From Candidatus Saccharimonadota bacterium (GTDB lineage Bacteria; Patescibacteriota; Saccharimonadia; Saccharimonadales; Saccharimonadaceae): DNA of 54,714 nt. Where the stretch lies: the NCBI GenBank assembly GCA_027492975.1, contig JAPUDS010000022.1, positions 1 to 54,714 on the forward strand, in the 5' to 3' direction. Of the stretch, positions 34,997 through 44,595 are shown piece after piece. The translations under genes and the position numbers were made by a program. How positions within the stretch are numbered: the stretch's first letter is position 1; every line of letters starts with the position of its first letter. A model generated the notes under the pieces. That model was not told where the DNA came from. It saw only the letters and a list, made by a program, of their open reading frames with translations, and ran no database searches.

Positions 34997-36037
34997 ATGG
35001 GCGAAGCACTACTGGTATCACAGATCACGGACGCGCTAGTCAAACTAACAGTGCTTGCTATGGCGGCATTTTTGTTTTCTATGGCGCTCACGCCGTTATA
35101 TACGTATGTTGCGTACCGGTATCGGTTCTGGAAACGGCCGCGCGAAACAGATATGGGTGGAAATCCGCTCGCTATCTTTGCGAAACTGCATAAAAAAAAG
35201 CACGAACGACACATACCGACGATGGCTGGTATCATCGCGGTGGTTGTCGTGATACTTATCACAGTTGTTGCAAACCTCGACAGGCGACAGACATGGTTGC
35301 CGCTTGCAGCGCTTGTTGGCGGTGCGGTTGTTGGGCTTATCGACGATATCATCAACATTCGGGGCGGGGGCGTCGGTGTCGGCGGGCTGCGCTCAAGCTT
35401 GAAGTTTGGCATGATTACCGCTGTTGCTGTCGTTGCGGCGTGGTATTTCTTTACAAAACTCGGGTACTCAACGCTGCACATACCGTTTGTCGGGCCGCTC
35501 GAAATCGGCTGGGCGATCATACCGATCTTTGCTTTTGCGGTTGTTGCAACGGGAAATGCTGTCAATATCAGCGACGGACTCGATGGGCTGGCCGGAGGGC
35601 TTTTGGCGCAAGCATACGGCTTTTTCGGTATCATCGCGCTTTTGCAGGGAAACTATGGTATCGCCGGTTTTTGTTTTACGATACTCGGCGCGCTACTCAG
35701 CTACATATGGTTTAACATTTATCCGGCGCGCTTTTTCATGGGTGATGTCGGTAGTTTTGCGCTCGGAACCACGCTCGGGGTTATCGCTATGCTGACAAAT
35801 ACACTACTGTTACTCCCGGTTATCGGGCTGGTGTTTGTTCTCGAAGCTGGCTCGAGCTTGCTTCAGATTACGTCTAAAAAGTTCTTCGGGAAAAAGATTT
35901 TTCTCTCGGCACCGATCCATCATCATCTTGAGGCGTCGGGCTGGCCGGAGACAAAAGTCACTATGCGGTTCTGGGTTATCGGTGCGGTTGTTGGGTTTCT
36001 CGGGCTTTTGCTTGCACTCGCAGGAGGAAATATTTAG
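34997..36037 (+). CDS. mraY: Phospho-N-acetylmuramoyl-pentapeptide-transferase
   Basis: NAVNISDGLDGLAGG, FMGDVGSFALG and APIHHHLE. Confidence 0.93.
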   Translation: MGEALLVSQITDALVKLTVLAMAAFLFSMALTPLYTYVAYRYRFWKRPRETDMGGNPLAIFAKLHKKKHERHIPTMAGIIAVVVVILITVVANLDRRQTWLPLAALVGGAVVGLIDDIINIRGGGVGVGGLRSSLKFGMITAVAVVAAWYFFTKLGYSTLHIPFVGPLEIGWAIIPIFAFAVVATGNAVNISDGLDGLAGGLLAQAYGFFGIIALLQGNYGIAGFCFTILGALLSYIWFNIYPARFFMGDVGSFALGTTLGVIAMLTNTLLLLPVIGLVFVLEAGSSLLQITSKKFFGKKIFLSAPIHHHLEASGWPETKVTMRFWVIGAVVGFLGLLLALAGGNI

Positions 36038-37333
36038 ATGCGCGTCTGGCGGCCAAAACCCGCTCCAGTTGACTCGTCGGCCCCTCTGGTGCGTCGCCAC
36101 CGGCCGGATTATCAGATAGTGCTATTTATGGGTTTGCTGATGCTGATCGGGCTGGTTGTGCTGTACTCTATCAGTCCGGCGCGGGCCGAGCTGATAAACG
36201 CAAACACAAACAGTTCGCTTGAAGCTTCGTATTTTATGCAGCGCCAACTCATCAGCCTTGCGGCGGGCTTAGTGGTATTTACAGTCGCAGGTTTTTTACC
36301 TGTTAAATACTGGAAGAAATACGCTTGGCCGCTCCTGCTTGCGGGTATTGCTGCGAGCACGCTTCTCGCAGTACTTGGGCTTGTCATGGATGATGGCCTG
36401 ATCATAAAAACTAACGGCGCAGTACGGTGGTTTAACCTCGGTTTTATGTCATTTCAGCCGGCTGAACTACTCAAGTTCGGATTTATCATCTACGTCGCGA
36501 CGTTTCTCGGTCGGCAGATCGCCAAAGGGAAGCTAAACGATGTAAAAACAACGTTTTTACCACTTGGTATTTTACTAGCCGTTGCGGGACTGTTCATCAT
36601 CGTTTTTCAGAAGGATATGGGAACCGGTATTACACTTATCGGGGCGTTTGCCGCGCTGTTGTTTGCCGCTGGAGTCGATAAACGCTGGATGACTATCGGT
36701 GTTATCGGTGCTCTTTGTCTCGGTATTCTCCTCATCATCACATCGCCACATCGTATCGAACGAGTAATGACATTTTTACAACATACATCAAACACGGTAG
36801 AGGTGAGCGACGCCTCGTCGTATCACATTGAACAGGCGATGATCGCGCTCGGGTCGGGCGGGTTATTTGGTAAGGGACTGGGGCAGGGGATTCAAGCCTT
36901 CGGATATCTACCAGAGGCGGTGAATGACTCGATATTTGCCATTTTAGGCGAAACGTTCGGTTTTGTCGGACTCATCGTTATCATGCTGTTGTTCGGCGGG
37001 TTGCTTAGACGCGTTTTACTCGTTGCCGAACACACTGTTGATGTTACCGACCGGCTGATTGTCGCGGGAATTTTCGGCCTCATTGCGTCGCATATCATCG
37101 TCAATATCGGTGCAATGACCGGGATTTTTCCGCTGACCGGCGTGACACTGCCATTCCTTAGCTTCGGCGGAACTAGTTTACTCTTTACTTCACTTGGTCT
37201 AGGTGTCGTCTTTTACATTTCGCGGTATACTACTCATAAGGAAATAATTCAACAGGAGGGCAGCAGTGAAACTACTGTGCGTCGGCGGGGGGTCGGGCGG
37301 CCACGTTACGCCGGTTCTCGCCGTTATCAATGA
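36038..37333 (+). CDS. ftsW: SEDS-family peptidoglycan glycosyltransferase FtsW/RodA
   Basis: FQPAELLKF, QKDMGT, LPE...DSIFAILGETFGFVG and PLTGVTLPF.S.GG.S. The tail overlaps murG by 68 nt. Confidence 0.88.
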   Translation: MRVWRPKPAPVDSSAPLVRRHRPDYQIVLFMGLLMLIGLVVLYSISPARAELINANTNSSLEASYFMQRQLISLAAGLVVFTVAGFLPVKYWKKYAWPLLLAGIAASTLLAVLGLVMDDGLIIKTNGAVRWFNLGFMSFQPAELLKFGFIIYVATFLGRQIAKGKLNDVKTTFLPLGILLAVAGLFIIVFQKDMGTGITLIGAFAALLFAAGVDKRWMTIGVIGALCLGILLIITSPHRIERVMTFLQHTSNTVEVSDASSYHIEQAMIALGSGGLFGKGLGQGIQAFGYLPEAVNDSIFAILGETFGFVGLIVIMLLFGGLLRRVLLVAEHTVDVTDRLIVAGIFGLIASHIIVNIGAMTGIFPLTGVTLPFLSFGGTSLLFTSLGLGVVFYISRYTTHKEIIQQEGSSETTVRRRGVGRPRYAGSRRYQ

Positions 37334-38411
37334 ACTCGCCAGGCATCAGCCTGATCTTTCTGTGATGTTTGTCACTGACAAGGCATTTTTAAAGCAGACT
37401 GAAGGACTAGTCGCTCGAGCGGCGGTACCTATCGCGGTACGAACTGTTACGGCGGGAAAATTTCGCCGTTATATGGATATAGCACTCTGGAAGCAAGTAC
37501 TTCGACCAGATATCGGCGGCCGCAATATGGTGGATGTTTTTAAGGTTGCTGGCGGTGTTGCACAGAGTATTCGCCTGCTAAAACGGTTCAAACCGGACGT
37601 CGTATTTGCAAAGGGCGGTTACGTGTCGCTACCGGTTGGCTATGCTGCTCATCTCTTGAAAGTGCCTCTTGTTATCCATGATTCTGATGCCCGCCCCGGG
37701 CTAACAAATCGTGTTCTGTCACGCTGGGCAACACTCATCGCAACCGGAACGCCGGTGAAAAATTACCGGTACAATGCTGAAATCGCTCACTACACGGGTG
37801 TTCCGGTAGGGAGCGAGTATCACCCGTATACGTCAGCTGAGCAGAAAAAGGCGAAAAAAGCGCTCGGACATGACGCCGACCGACCTCTCGTCGTTGTGAC
37901 CGGGGGAGGGCTCGGTGCGAAAGATATCAATCAAGCTATGTTGAAGGTCGGCCCTCAACTTCTTACGACGGGCTACGATGTTTATCACGTGACCGGTAAG
38001 ACGGTATTTCCGGAATTATCAAAAGAGTTGCCGCAAGACGCGCGGTATACGGCCGTTCCGTTTGTTTACGACGGCTTAGCGTCCGTATTCGGAGCGGCGG
38101 ATGTTGTCGTAACTCGCGCAAGTGCAACAACGCTACAGGAACTAGCTGCGGCAGCCAAGCCATCGATCATCATCCCAAATAGTTCGTTAGGAGACCAGCT
38201 TGAAAATGCTGAGGCGTACGAGAAAGATGGTGCCGTGCGAATGCTCCGCGACGAACAGCTTGCGGGTAATCCAGAAGTGCTGTACGAGGCGATCAGGGAG
38301 CTCCTTCGGAGTGCAGAAACCATGAAGGCGTTGTCTACGGCCATCTCTGCTTATGCGAAGCCCGGTGCGGCCGAAGAGGTGGCGCAACTATTACTAAAGG
38401 CGAAGCGATAG
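37266..38411 (+). CDS. murG: UDP-N-acetylglucosamine--N-acetylmuramyl-(pentapeptide) pyrophosphoryl-undecaprenol GlcNAc transferase
   Basis: GGGSGGHVTPVLAV N-terminal motif, a C-terminal TGGGLGA, and TRASATTLQELAA...P.I.IP. GTG start. Confidence 0.88.
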   Translation: MKLLCVGGGSGGHVTPVLAVINELARHQPDLSVMFVTDKAFLKQTEGLVARAAVPIAVRTVTAGKFRRYMDIALWKQVLRPDIGGRNMVDVFKVAGGVAQSIRLLKRFKPDVVFAKGGYVSLPVGYAAHLLKVPLVIHDSDARPGLTNRVLSRWATLIATGTPVKNYRYNAEIAHYTGVPVGSEYHPYTSAEQKKAKKALGHDADRPLVVVTGGGLGAKDINQAMLKVGPQLLTTGYDVYHVTGKTVFPELSKELPQDARYTAVPFVYDGLASVFGAADVVVTRASATTLQELAAAAKPSIIIPNSSLGDQLENAEAYEKDGAVRMLRDEQLAGNPEVLYEAIRELLRSAETMKALSTAISAYAKPGAAEEVAQLLLKAKR

Positions 38412-38424
38412 GGGCGCCCAAGCG

Positions 38425-39327
38425 GTGGGACTGTTTAAAAAACAACAAAAACCGGTGAGACAGCCGCATATCGGTGACGATACGTACGCATTTCGGCGCA
38501 GTCGAACGATGACCGGGTCGTCGTCTGACTCGGTACGCACAGTGGCGGGAAAACATGCCGACCTCCAGTCTGACCGTCTGAAGCACCATATATTACGCAA
38601 AAAACAGCGTCACCTCACACTATATCTGTTTCTTATTTTGACGTGCGCCGGTAGTTTGTTGCTTCTCCTAAATAATTTTATGATCACGACTACCGTCACT
38701 GACGGTGGTGGCGCAACGGTAGCTGACGTAACCAGTTATCAGCAGACTATCAACAACTATCTTTCTTCGCATCCGAGTGAACGCTTTTCATTCTCCCTGC
38801 GCGGTGACGGTTTGCTCAGAGAGTTGCAGGGGAAATATCCGGAAGTGCACTCTGTGACCGTGACGACGCGGCCGTGGCTTCAGGCAGCGCATGTTACTGT
38901 CGAGCTTCGAAAGCCTATCGCAAGCTGGACTATCGGTTCAACAAAATACTATATCGACAGCGGCGGCGTGGCTTTTCAAAAAAATTACGGTCCCGAGCCG
39001 ACACTTGTGGTTGAGGACAATACAGGGATTGATCCGACCAGTACGGCCGCTGTTGCCTCTGAGCGCATGATCCGCTATATCGGTCGTCTGGTTGCGCTCC
39101 TACAACAAAACGAACTAGCGGTTCAAAGGCTTGAACTGCCTCCAGCGACGAGCCGTCAGGTTGATGTTTGGCTGGCGGGTAAACCGTTTAGTATCAAAAC
39201 TAATATCGACCGCGACCCGGCGGGGCAGGTGGCAGATATCGTCAACGGTGTGAAGTACCTGACTCAACAAGGGATAGTTCCGTCATACGCTGATGCTCGG
39301 GTGAGTTCAAAACTATACTATAAGTAA
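38425..39327 (+). CDS. ftsQ: FtsQ/DivIB-like cell division protein
   Basis: Basic cytoplasmic N-terminus, a single TM (LYLFLILTCAGSLLLLL) and an extracytoplasmic POTRA-sized domain. Located after murG. Confidence 0.55.
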   Translation: MGLFKKQQKPVRQPHIGDDTYAFRRSRTMTGSSSDSVRTVAGKHADLQSDRLKHHILRKKQRHLTLYLFLILTCAGSLLLLLNNFMITTTVTDGGGATVADVTSYQQTINNYLSSHPSERFSFSLRGDGLLRELQGKYPEVHSVTVTTRPWLQAAHVTVELRKPIASWTIGSTKYYIDSGGVAFQKNYGPEPTLVVEDNTGIDPTSTAAVASERMIRYIGRLVALLQQNELAVQRLELPPATSRQVDVWLAGKPFSIKTNIDRDPAGQVADIVNGVKYLTQQGIVPSYADARVSSKLYYK

Positions 39328-39356
39328 AATAGGGAAACCCCTGCACTTTCGATAGT

Positions 39357-39377
39357 GTTCTATTTTTGTTCTATATT
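39357..39377 (+). repeat. Left copy of a 21-bp direct repeat, GTTCTATTTTTGTTCTATATT
   Basis: Matches 39905-39925 (GTTCTAGTTTTGTTCTATATT) at 20 of 21 positions. Confidence 0.85.
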
Positions 39378-39904
39378 TTGAAATATTTAAACTATATAAA
39401 AACATACAAAAAACACAAAGTCAAACAAAAGTCAAAATAGGGTGGTAGTGGGGGCGTGAAAACAAAACCGTGAAAAAGTCAAACATTACTGCAGGTTGTG
39501 TGGAAAACTTGAGACGAGTGTTGTGCAAATACACAACAACCCGGAGATAGCGTCCGGTAGAGTGACATAAAAGCGGTATGTCACAACGAAGAACAGACGA
39601 GCATTGGCAGTCCGGGGTGATAATCGCCAAAACTCCCCTGTTTGAGGGGTATTGCATATCATCCGAGGGGTATATTATGTATGACGTAAAAGATATATTG
39701 TGCGACGTAGACTATATACACTAATGTTGATTCATTATGCTTTCCTTGCGGTTTATAGTGAGTAAAAATTTCAGCGTATTTTACACTCATCACTTTCCTA
39801 CGTTTCCACTGCCGCATGTTACACGCTATCGTATAGATTCCTGGCATATTGATTTGGGACCACCGGTTAACTCTTGCTGTACGTTTATCTACTGTATATT
39901 ATAT

Positions 39905-39925
39905 GTTCTAGTTTTGTTCTATATT
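39905..39925 (+). repeat. Right copy of the 21-bp direct repeat
   Basis: See 39357-39377. The two copies bracket 527 bp of AT-rich sequence with no convincing ORF. Confidence 0.85.
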
Positions 39926-39990
39926 GAATTCTTACAGACCTATTAGTTGGTAGAAGTATCTTATAGTTCCCTGACGACTTGGGTAATTAC

Positions 39991-40581
39991 CTAGAGAGTA
40001 GAGTTGAGTCGTTGCTGTTCGCGTATTTCTATACGCTTCATAGCCTCTTCGGGTGTTTTGAGCACTGGTAGCTGAATACCAAAGCTCTGCTCGTTCCATC
40101 GATGGATACGTTCAGCAAGATCTTGGCGAGACGCGTAGCCATATCGTTGCATCTGCCATCGATCAATATAAGAACTCCACGAATTATAAGGGTTTGCCGA
40201 GACGGCTGAAATAGCGAGGTTTGGTAGAGTGGCTCCAGGGGCATAAAATGGCAGGGCATATAGCGGTTCTAAGCGATCACGTAGTGTCACGGAGTATTTA
40301 ACGCCTTGAGCGCCTATCGCAAGCGCGTATCGTGCATGCGAGAGCTCATGCTCGATGACTTCAGCGGCTCTCCATGGCATGGCTGCCGGTGCTCGATATC
40401 TTAGGATATGTCGATATAAATCTTCAGGATCCTCAAAATATGTACGCCCAGCCTCTTCCTCAAGCGGTTGCATGTGGTAGGGTCTTTGGTCTATCAAATC
40501 ACGTCTGTCCTCGTCTGTTATTCGGCGAAGGAATTCCTCTTGCATATCTGGAGGTATTTGTTCAAATTCAGAATAGTGCAC
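39991..40581 (-). CDS. Hypothetical protein with an HExxH motif (possible zinc metallopeptidase)
   Basis: 196-aa ORF with a GTG start and AAGGAA RBS. Contains VIEHELSHARYAL (HELSH). No further assignment. Confidence 0.5.
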   Translation of the reverse strand: MHYSEFEQIPPDMQEEFLRRITDEDRRDLIDQRPYHMQPLEEEAGRTYFEDPEDLYRHILRYRAPAAMPWRAAEVIEHELSHARYALAIGAQGVKYSVTLRDRLEPLYALPFYAPGATLPNLAISAVSANPYNSWSSYIDRWQMQRYGYASRQDLAERIHRWNEQSFGIQLPVLKTPEEAMKRIEIREQQRLNSTL

Positions 40582-40635
40582 TTAAGGTTCCTTGCTTTCC
40601 TGGGTTTCTAAGGTTCTTTGGTGGTGTCCGGACTC

Positions 40636-43401
40636 TTAGTGCCTCAGCCTCAGTTCAGTCGGGTCTTTTCTGTCTGGTTGAGGGGTTGGTGTGGATGGGG
40701 ACGGTTTGTCGTGCGTAACCGTTAGTGTCGCTGGCTTGGGGGCCGCGGTAGGGGTGGTAGGGGCGGCGCCCTCCCCTGCCTCACTCTTTTTCTTCCGGGA
40801 ACGGCTGCGACTGCGTTTGCGTTTTGATTTTGGTGAAGCGGACTCTTCTGTGCTGACCGGGATAGGCGGCGAAGTTTCTTTAGGAGGCTTGACGTCTGCT
40901 CCCTGCTCTACGTTTGCCATGGGTGGTTTCTGCATGGCTGGGATGGCGCTGACAGCGATCGGTTTTGGTGTAGTGGGCGCGGTTGACGGCGAAATACGGT
41001 TGTTGATCTCCTGTTCTACTTCTGCCCTGTCGCGTGAATACAGGCGGCGAGAGTTGTCGACGATGTACGAGAAGTAATCAGTTTGCGAGGTTGGTATCGT
41101 GAGAGTTGTTGCGCTAAATGCCGGTGCTTTTTCACCTTTTATGACCATGTTGATAATAAAACTGCGGTTGTGCATCTGTAAGAGGTCGCCGGGTTCAAAT
41201 TGAGGCTCGAACTGCTTAGCGAGCGTTGGCGCGTCGTCTGCTGAAACACGGAATGAAATCATCGTGCCAACATTGCCAAAAACAGCATTACGAACGTTCT
41301 CTTGCAACTGTGCGATGTATTGGTTGGCAACGGTCAGGTTGAGGCCGTATTTGCGGGCTTCCGAGAGGATGACGGCAAAGCTATCGGTCGCAAAGTTCTG
41401 AAATTCGTCAACATAGAGATAGAATGCTCTGCGATCCTCGATGTTTGGTATGTCGGCTCGACTCATGGCGGCCAGCTGGATTTTGGTGACGAGAAACGCG
41501 CCGAGAATAGCGGCGTTGTCTTCGCCGATAAGCCCGCGCGATAGGTTGACGATGAGGATTTTACCTTCGTCCATGATCTGCCGGATGTTGAACGTACTCT
41601 TGGGCTGACCGATGATATTGCGGATGATCGGGTTTGCAACGAAGGCGCCGACTTTGTTGAGGACTGGTGCTATCGCCTCAGCCTGAAACTTGTCGTTCCA
41701 GCTGGCGAATTCGACGTTCCAAAACTGCAGTACGACCGTGTCCTGGCAAGTTGCGAGCACTTCTTTGCGGAATTTTTTATCGGTGAGCATGCGGGTGATG
41801 TCGAGCATGGTCGTATCTGGATGATCAAGTAGCGCCAGGATAGTGTAACGAAGGATGTATTCGAGCCGCGGGCCCCATGACTCGCCAAACATGCGTTTTA
41901 GAACGCCGATGATTTCCGAGGAAATATTATTTTTCATGCTCGGGTTGATAACTTCCATAGGGTTAAACCCGAGCGGATATGCGGTGTCGGCCGGGTTGAA
42001 GTAGACAACATCGTTGATACGGTGCGATGGGATAAATTTCAAATTGTTTACAGCAAAGTCGCCGTGCGGATCGATGATAGCGTATCCTTGATTGTGATAG
42101 ACGTCGCTCAGTGCAAATAGCTCGAGGAGACCTGACTTCCCTGCTCCGGTTTGACCGATGACATAGACATGGCGTGACCGGTCGGTACGCCAGAGGCCGA
42201 ACTGTTGGTTTATGCCACGGAAATTCGTGAGTCCAAATGCACTGACCTGGTCGTCGGTGGTTGGATTGCCGGTGAGAACCGGTAGATTTGACGGCGGCTC
42301 GGCGGTTTTGACGTTCGCCCAGACGATATTTGGTGTTTCGACGTTTGTGTGCGGCAGGTGAAATACGCTTGCAAGCTCTTCGATATTCAGGATGAAGCCT
42401 CGATCTATAAAGAACCGGGCGGTATACTTTGCGATATCGTCTGTTTTGAAGCTGGCATTTGCCAGTTTGAAACCATTAAGATTTGTCGAGTTGAACTGTT
42501 TGAACGCACCGACTATCGCCTGCATACGGAGCTTAGCGGTCGCCTGGTTGTTGCCGAGATACGCGATACGGATTTTCACTTGGTATCCGAGTTTGGTCGA
42601 CTTTTTCTCTATCTCAGAGATACGCGTTTTGTCGCGTTCAGACAACTCCCGTTTGCCTTCTTTGGCACTTTCCTCGGGCGGTTTCCAGAGGGCTTCGAGC
42701 GCTTTGAGGAGATATATGCCGACCCGGGCGAGACCATCGCCAGTACCAGCAAACATCGTGCCGTTTTTTATACTTTCAGCGTAGCTGCTGGCTCGTCTGT
42801 GCCAGTTGTCCGGGATTGGCCGTGCGAGAAATTGTATCCAGACCTCTTCGTCGGCATCCTCAAGCTTTGCAAGTGTCGCTGTGATACCAGCGAGCGGATC
42901 AACTTCAAAGCTCTGAAAGGTCTTTATAGGTAACATTTCGTTGTCCGTCGGGACGAGCTCTGTCGTGTAGACCACGTCGTGTTTGATATGTTTCTTCGTA
43001 TAATCTTCGTCCGCTTCGTGGATTTGTACTGTTGGATACTGGGCGTAAATCTGCCCTTCAACAAAGTTCTGCAAATGTTTCGGCACCCAAACATAGAAAC
43101 GGATGAGCTTGCCGACGGCAGCGATTTCAAAACTGATATGCTCTTGCATACCACCGCTCATACGAAGTTCCGTGCGGTCGCGGAGGATACCGTGCAGGCT
43201 TGCGAACATCTGTTCGGCGGCGAGTTCTTTCTTGTCGTTTGTGCGCGGAATCTCAAGAATCAACAAACGATGCTCGATATGCTCGAGCGTATCAGCCTTT
43301 TTATAATTGCGCCGTGCCAGGTAAACAAGCACTACAACAACAGGTATCCAGATATACCATAGGGACAAAAGGCTAAGTAACAGCGATAGAAGTGTGCCCA
43401 T
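40636..43401 (-). CDS. Membrane-anchored TraD/VirD4/HerA-like P-loop ATPase (type IV coupling-protein-like) with a ~400-aa unassigned N-terminal domain and a disordered Pro/Lys-rich C-terminal tail
   Basis: N-terminal TM(s) LLSLLLSLLSLWYIWIPVVVVLVYL. Walker A GQTGAGKSG at about residue 420 and Walker B FYLYVDEFQNF. The tail includes KSKRKRSRSRSRKKK. Confidence 0.65.
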   Translation of the reverse strand: MGTLLSLLLSLLSLWYIWIPVVVVLVYLARRNYKKADTLEHIEHRLLILEIPRTNDKKELAAEQMFASLHGILRDRTELRMSGGMQEHISFEIAAVGKLIRFYVWVPKHLQNFVEGQIYAQYPTVQIHEADEDYTKKHIKHDVVYTTELVPTDNEMLPIKTFQSFEVDPLAGITATLAKLEDADEEVWIQFLARPIPDNWHRRASSYAESIKNGTMFAGTGDGLARVGIYLLKALEALWKPPEESAKEGKRELSERDKTRISEIEKKSTKLGYQVKIRIAYLGNNQATAKLRMQAIVGAFKQFNSTNLNGFKLANASFKTDDIAKYTARFFIDRGFILNIEELASVFHLPHTNVETPNIVWANVKTAEPPSNLPVLTGNPTTDDQVSAFGLTNFRGINQQFGLWRTDRSRHVYVIGQTGAGKSGLLELFALSDVYHNQGYAIIDPHGDFAVNNLKFIPSHRINDVVYFNPADTAYPLGFNPMEVINPSMKNNISSEIIGVLKRMFGESWGPRLEYILRYTILALLDHPDTTMLDITRMLTDKKFRKEVLATCQDTVVLQFWNVEFASWNDKFQAEAIAPVLNKVGAFVANPIIRNIIGQPKSTFNIRQIMDEGKILIVNLSRGLIGEDNAAILGAFLVTKIQLAAMSRADIPNIEDRRAFYLYVDEFQNFATDSFAVILSEARKYGLNLTVANQYIAQLQENVRNAVFGNVGTMISFRVSADDAPTLAKQFEPQFEPGDLLQMHNRSFIINMVIKGEKAPAFSATTLTIPTSQTDYFSYIVDNSRRLYSRDRAEVEQEINNRISPSTAPTTPKPIAVSAIPAMQKPPMANVEQGADVKPPKETSPPIPVSTEESASPKSKRKRSRSRSRKKKSEAGEGAAPTTPTAAPKPATLTVTHDKPSPSTPTPQPDRKDPTELRLRH

Positions 43402-43445
43402 ACTCCCTTCTATTTTCTCTCAAATTTCCCCAAGAAGCAAATCGC

Positions 43446-44501
43446 TTATGCTGCCGGTTCCCGAAGTTCGTACGTTGCCTTCGCAACACGCTTGAATTCC
43501 GGCTTGCTTTGGAGATTCAGAAGAATGGTTGTTTCACGGACCTGGCGGCTCTTCAGAACACGCTTCACTATCTCATCACGGTGGAGTGGGCCAGCCTCTT
43601 TTTTCAGGATATCAGCGATGATATCAGAGACGGTACCCTTTTTGTATCCCCACTCAGCCAGCGCATAGATGCCGCGGCCGATAAGTACGAAACGCTTATC
43701 TTTGATGAGTTCGTTGTGAATTGCTTGGGTAGTAACGTCTTTGCGTTTAAAGTCAGACTCTTTGATAGCCTGCGCGATGTCCGAAAAGTGCAGCGGTTTG
43801 CCGCCGTCGCTCAGGATAACATAGATCTTGTCGCGGATGTTTTTCGGGTTGACACTTGGCCATTTGCCGAGTCCCCAGACACCCTTAAGTTCAGCGAGAT
43901 CTTTCGAAAGTGTCGCGATCCCGCGGACTTCGCTCGGTTTGTTGTATCCTTCCGTTTTTGAGAACAGCGTCTCGAGGTCGATAGCGCTGCCGTACTCTTT
44001 TATGATTTTCACCATGTCGTCAACAGCTTTCTTGAGACCTTTTTCGTCCTCAAAGCTGCTTTTTAGCGCAACACCCTGATAGTAGCGGTCATTTTCGTCG
44101 AGTACGGTCAGTCGCGGTGCGAGTTCGGCGATAAAGCCGACCTGAGCTTTCAGTCGATCGTCGGCACTAGGTTTGATGGTAGCCGCAAGATCGGAAAGAC
44201 GGGCTACGTTTCCCATTTCACTGAGGTGGCGGACGAGGACTTTTTCGATCTCAGCGATATTTTCCTGCCCTTCTTCAGCGGCGATCTTGAGGCGTATAAG
44301 GATGGCTTTTTCAAGCTGGCGGACGCGTTCGCGGGTGATTCCCAGCAGTTCGCCTATCTGTTCGAGCGTTTCTTTGCGGTCATACAGCCCAAAACGGCGT
44401 GACACGATTTCACGCTCGCGTTCCCGATCTATGTGTGCTAGAACGGCCTCAACGGCTTTTTTAACATCGGGGGTGGTTTCGGTTATGACTGGTTCGCTCA
44501 T
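43446..44501 (-). CDS. Sigma-70 region-4 domain protein fused to HARE-HTH-like winged-helix modules
   Basis: REIVSRRFGL....TLEQIGELLGITRERVRQLEKAIL matches region 4.2. GKPLHFSDIAQAI and EAGPLHRDEIVKRVL resemble HARE-HTH. No sigma region 2 is seen. Confidence 0.5.
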   Translation of the reverse strand: MSEPVITETTPDVKKAVEAVLAHIDREREREIVSRRFGLYDRKETLEQIGELLGITRERVRQLEKAILIRLKIAAEEGQENIAEIEKVLVRHLSEMGNVARLSDLAATIKPSADDRLKAQVGFIAELAPRLTVLDENDRYYQGVALKSSFEDEKGLKKAVDDMVKIIKEYGSAIDLETLFSKTEGYNKPSEVRGIATLSKDLAELKGVWGLGKWPSVNPKNIRDKIYVILSDGGKPLHFSDIAQAIKESDFKRKDVTTQAIHNELIKDKRFVLIGRGIYALAEWGYKKGTVSDIIADILKKEAGPLHRDEIVKRVLKSRQVRETTILLNLQSKPEFKRVAKATYELREPAA

Positions 44502-44595
44502 GGGTATATAAGTCCTTTTCTTCCTCTTATCCTTAGTACATCTTTGGTTTCGCCGGTGCCCAACTTAGCGAATGACTTGTATGTATTTTACAACT

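Noticed and set aside
34957-35634. 225-aa minus-strand ORF, plus several 120-140-aa plus-strand ORFs in other frames (35293-35795)
   Set aside because: All overlap mraY, which carries unmistakable motifs. The alternative frames are compositional artefacts.
39421-39946. Three ORFs of 62-78 aa in the AT-rich gap (39421-39657 and 39659-39847 on the minus strand, 39737-39946 on the plus strand)
   Set aside because: They have no SD sequences, odd composition (Cys/Tyr/Ile-rich from AT-rich DNA), and mutually overlapping frames. They are not reported as genes, though small proteins cannot be excluded.
42349-43362. Plus-strand ORFs of 127-194 aa opposite the large ATPase gene
   Set aside because: They lie antisense to a CDS with Walker motifs. 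No RBS or motifs.
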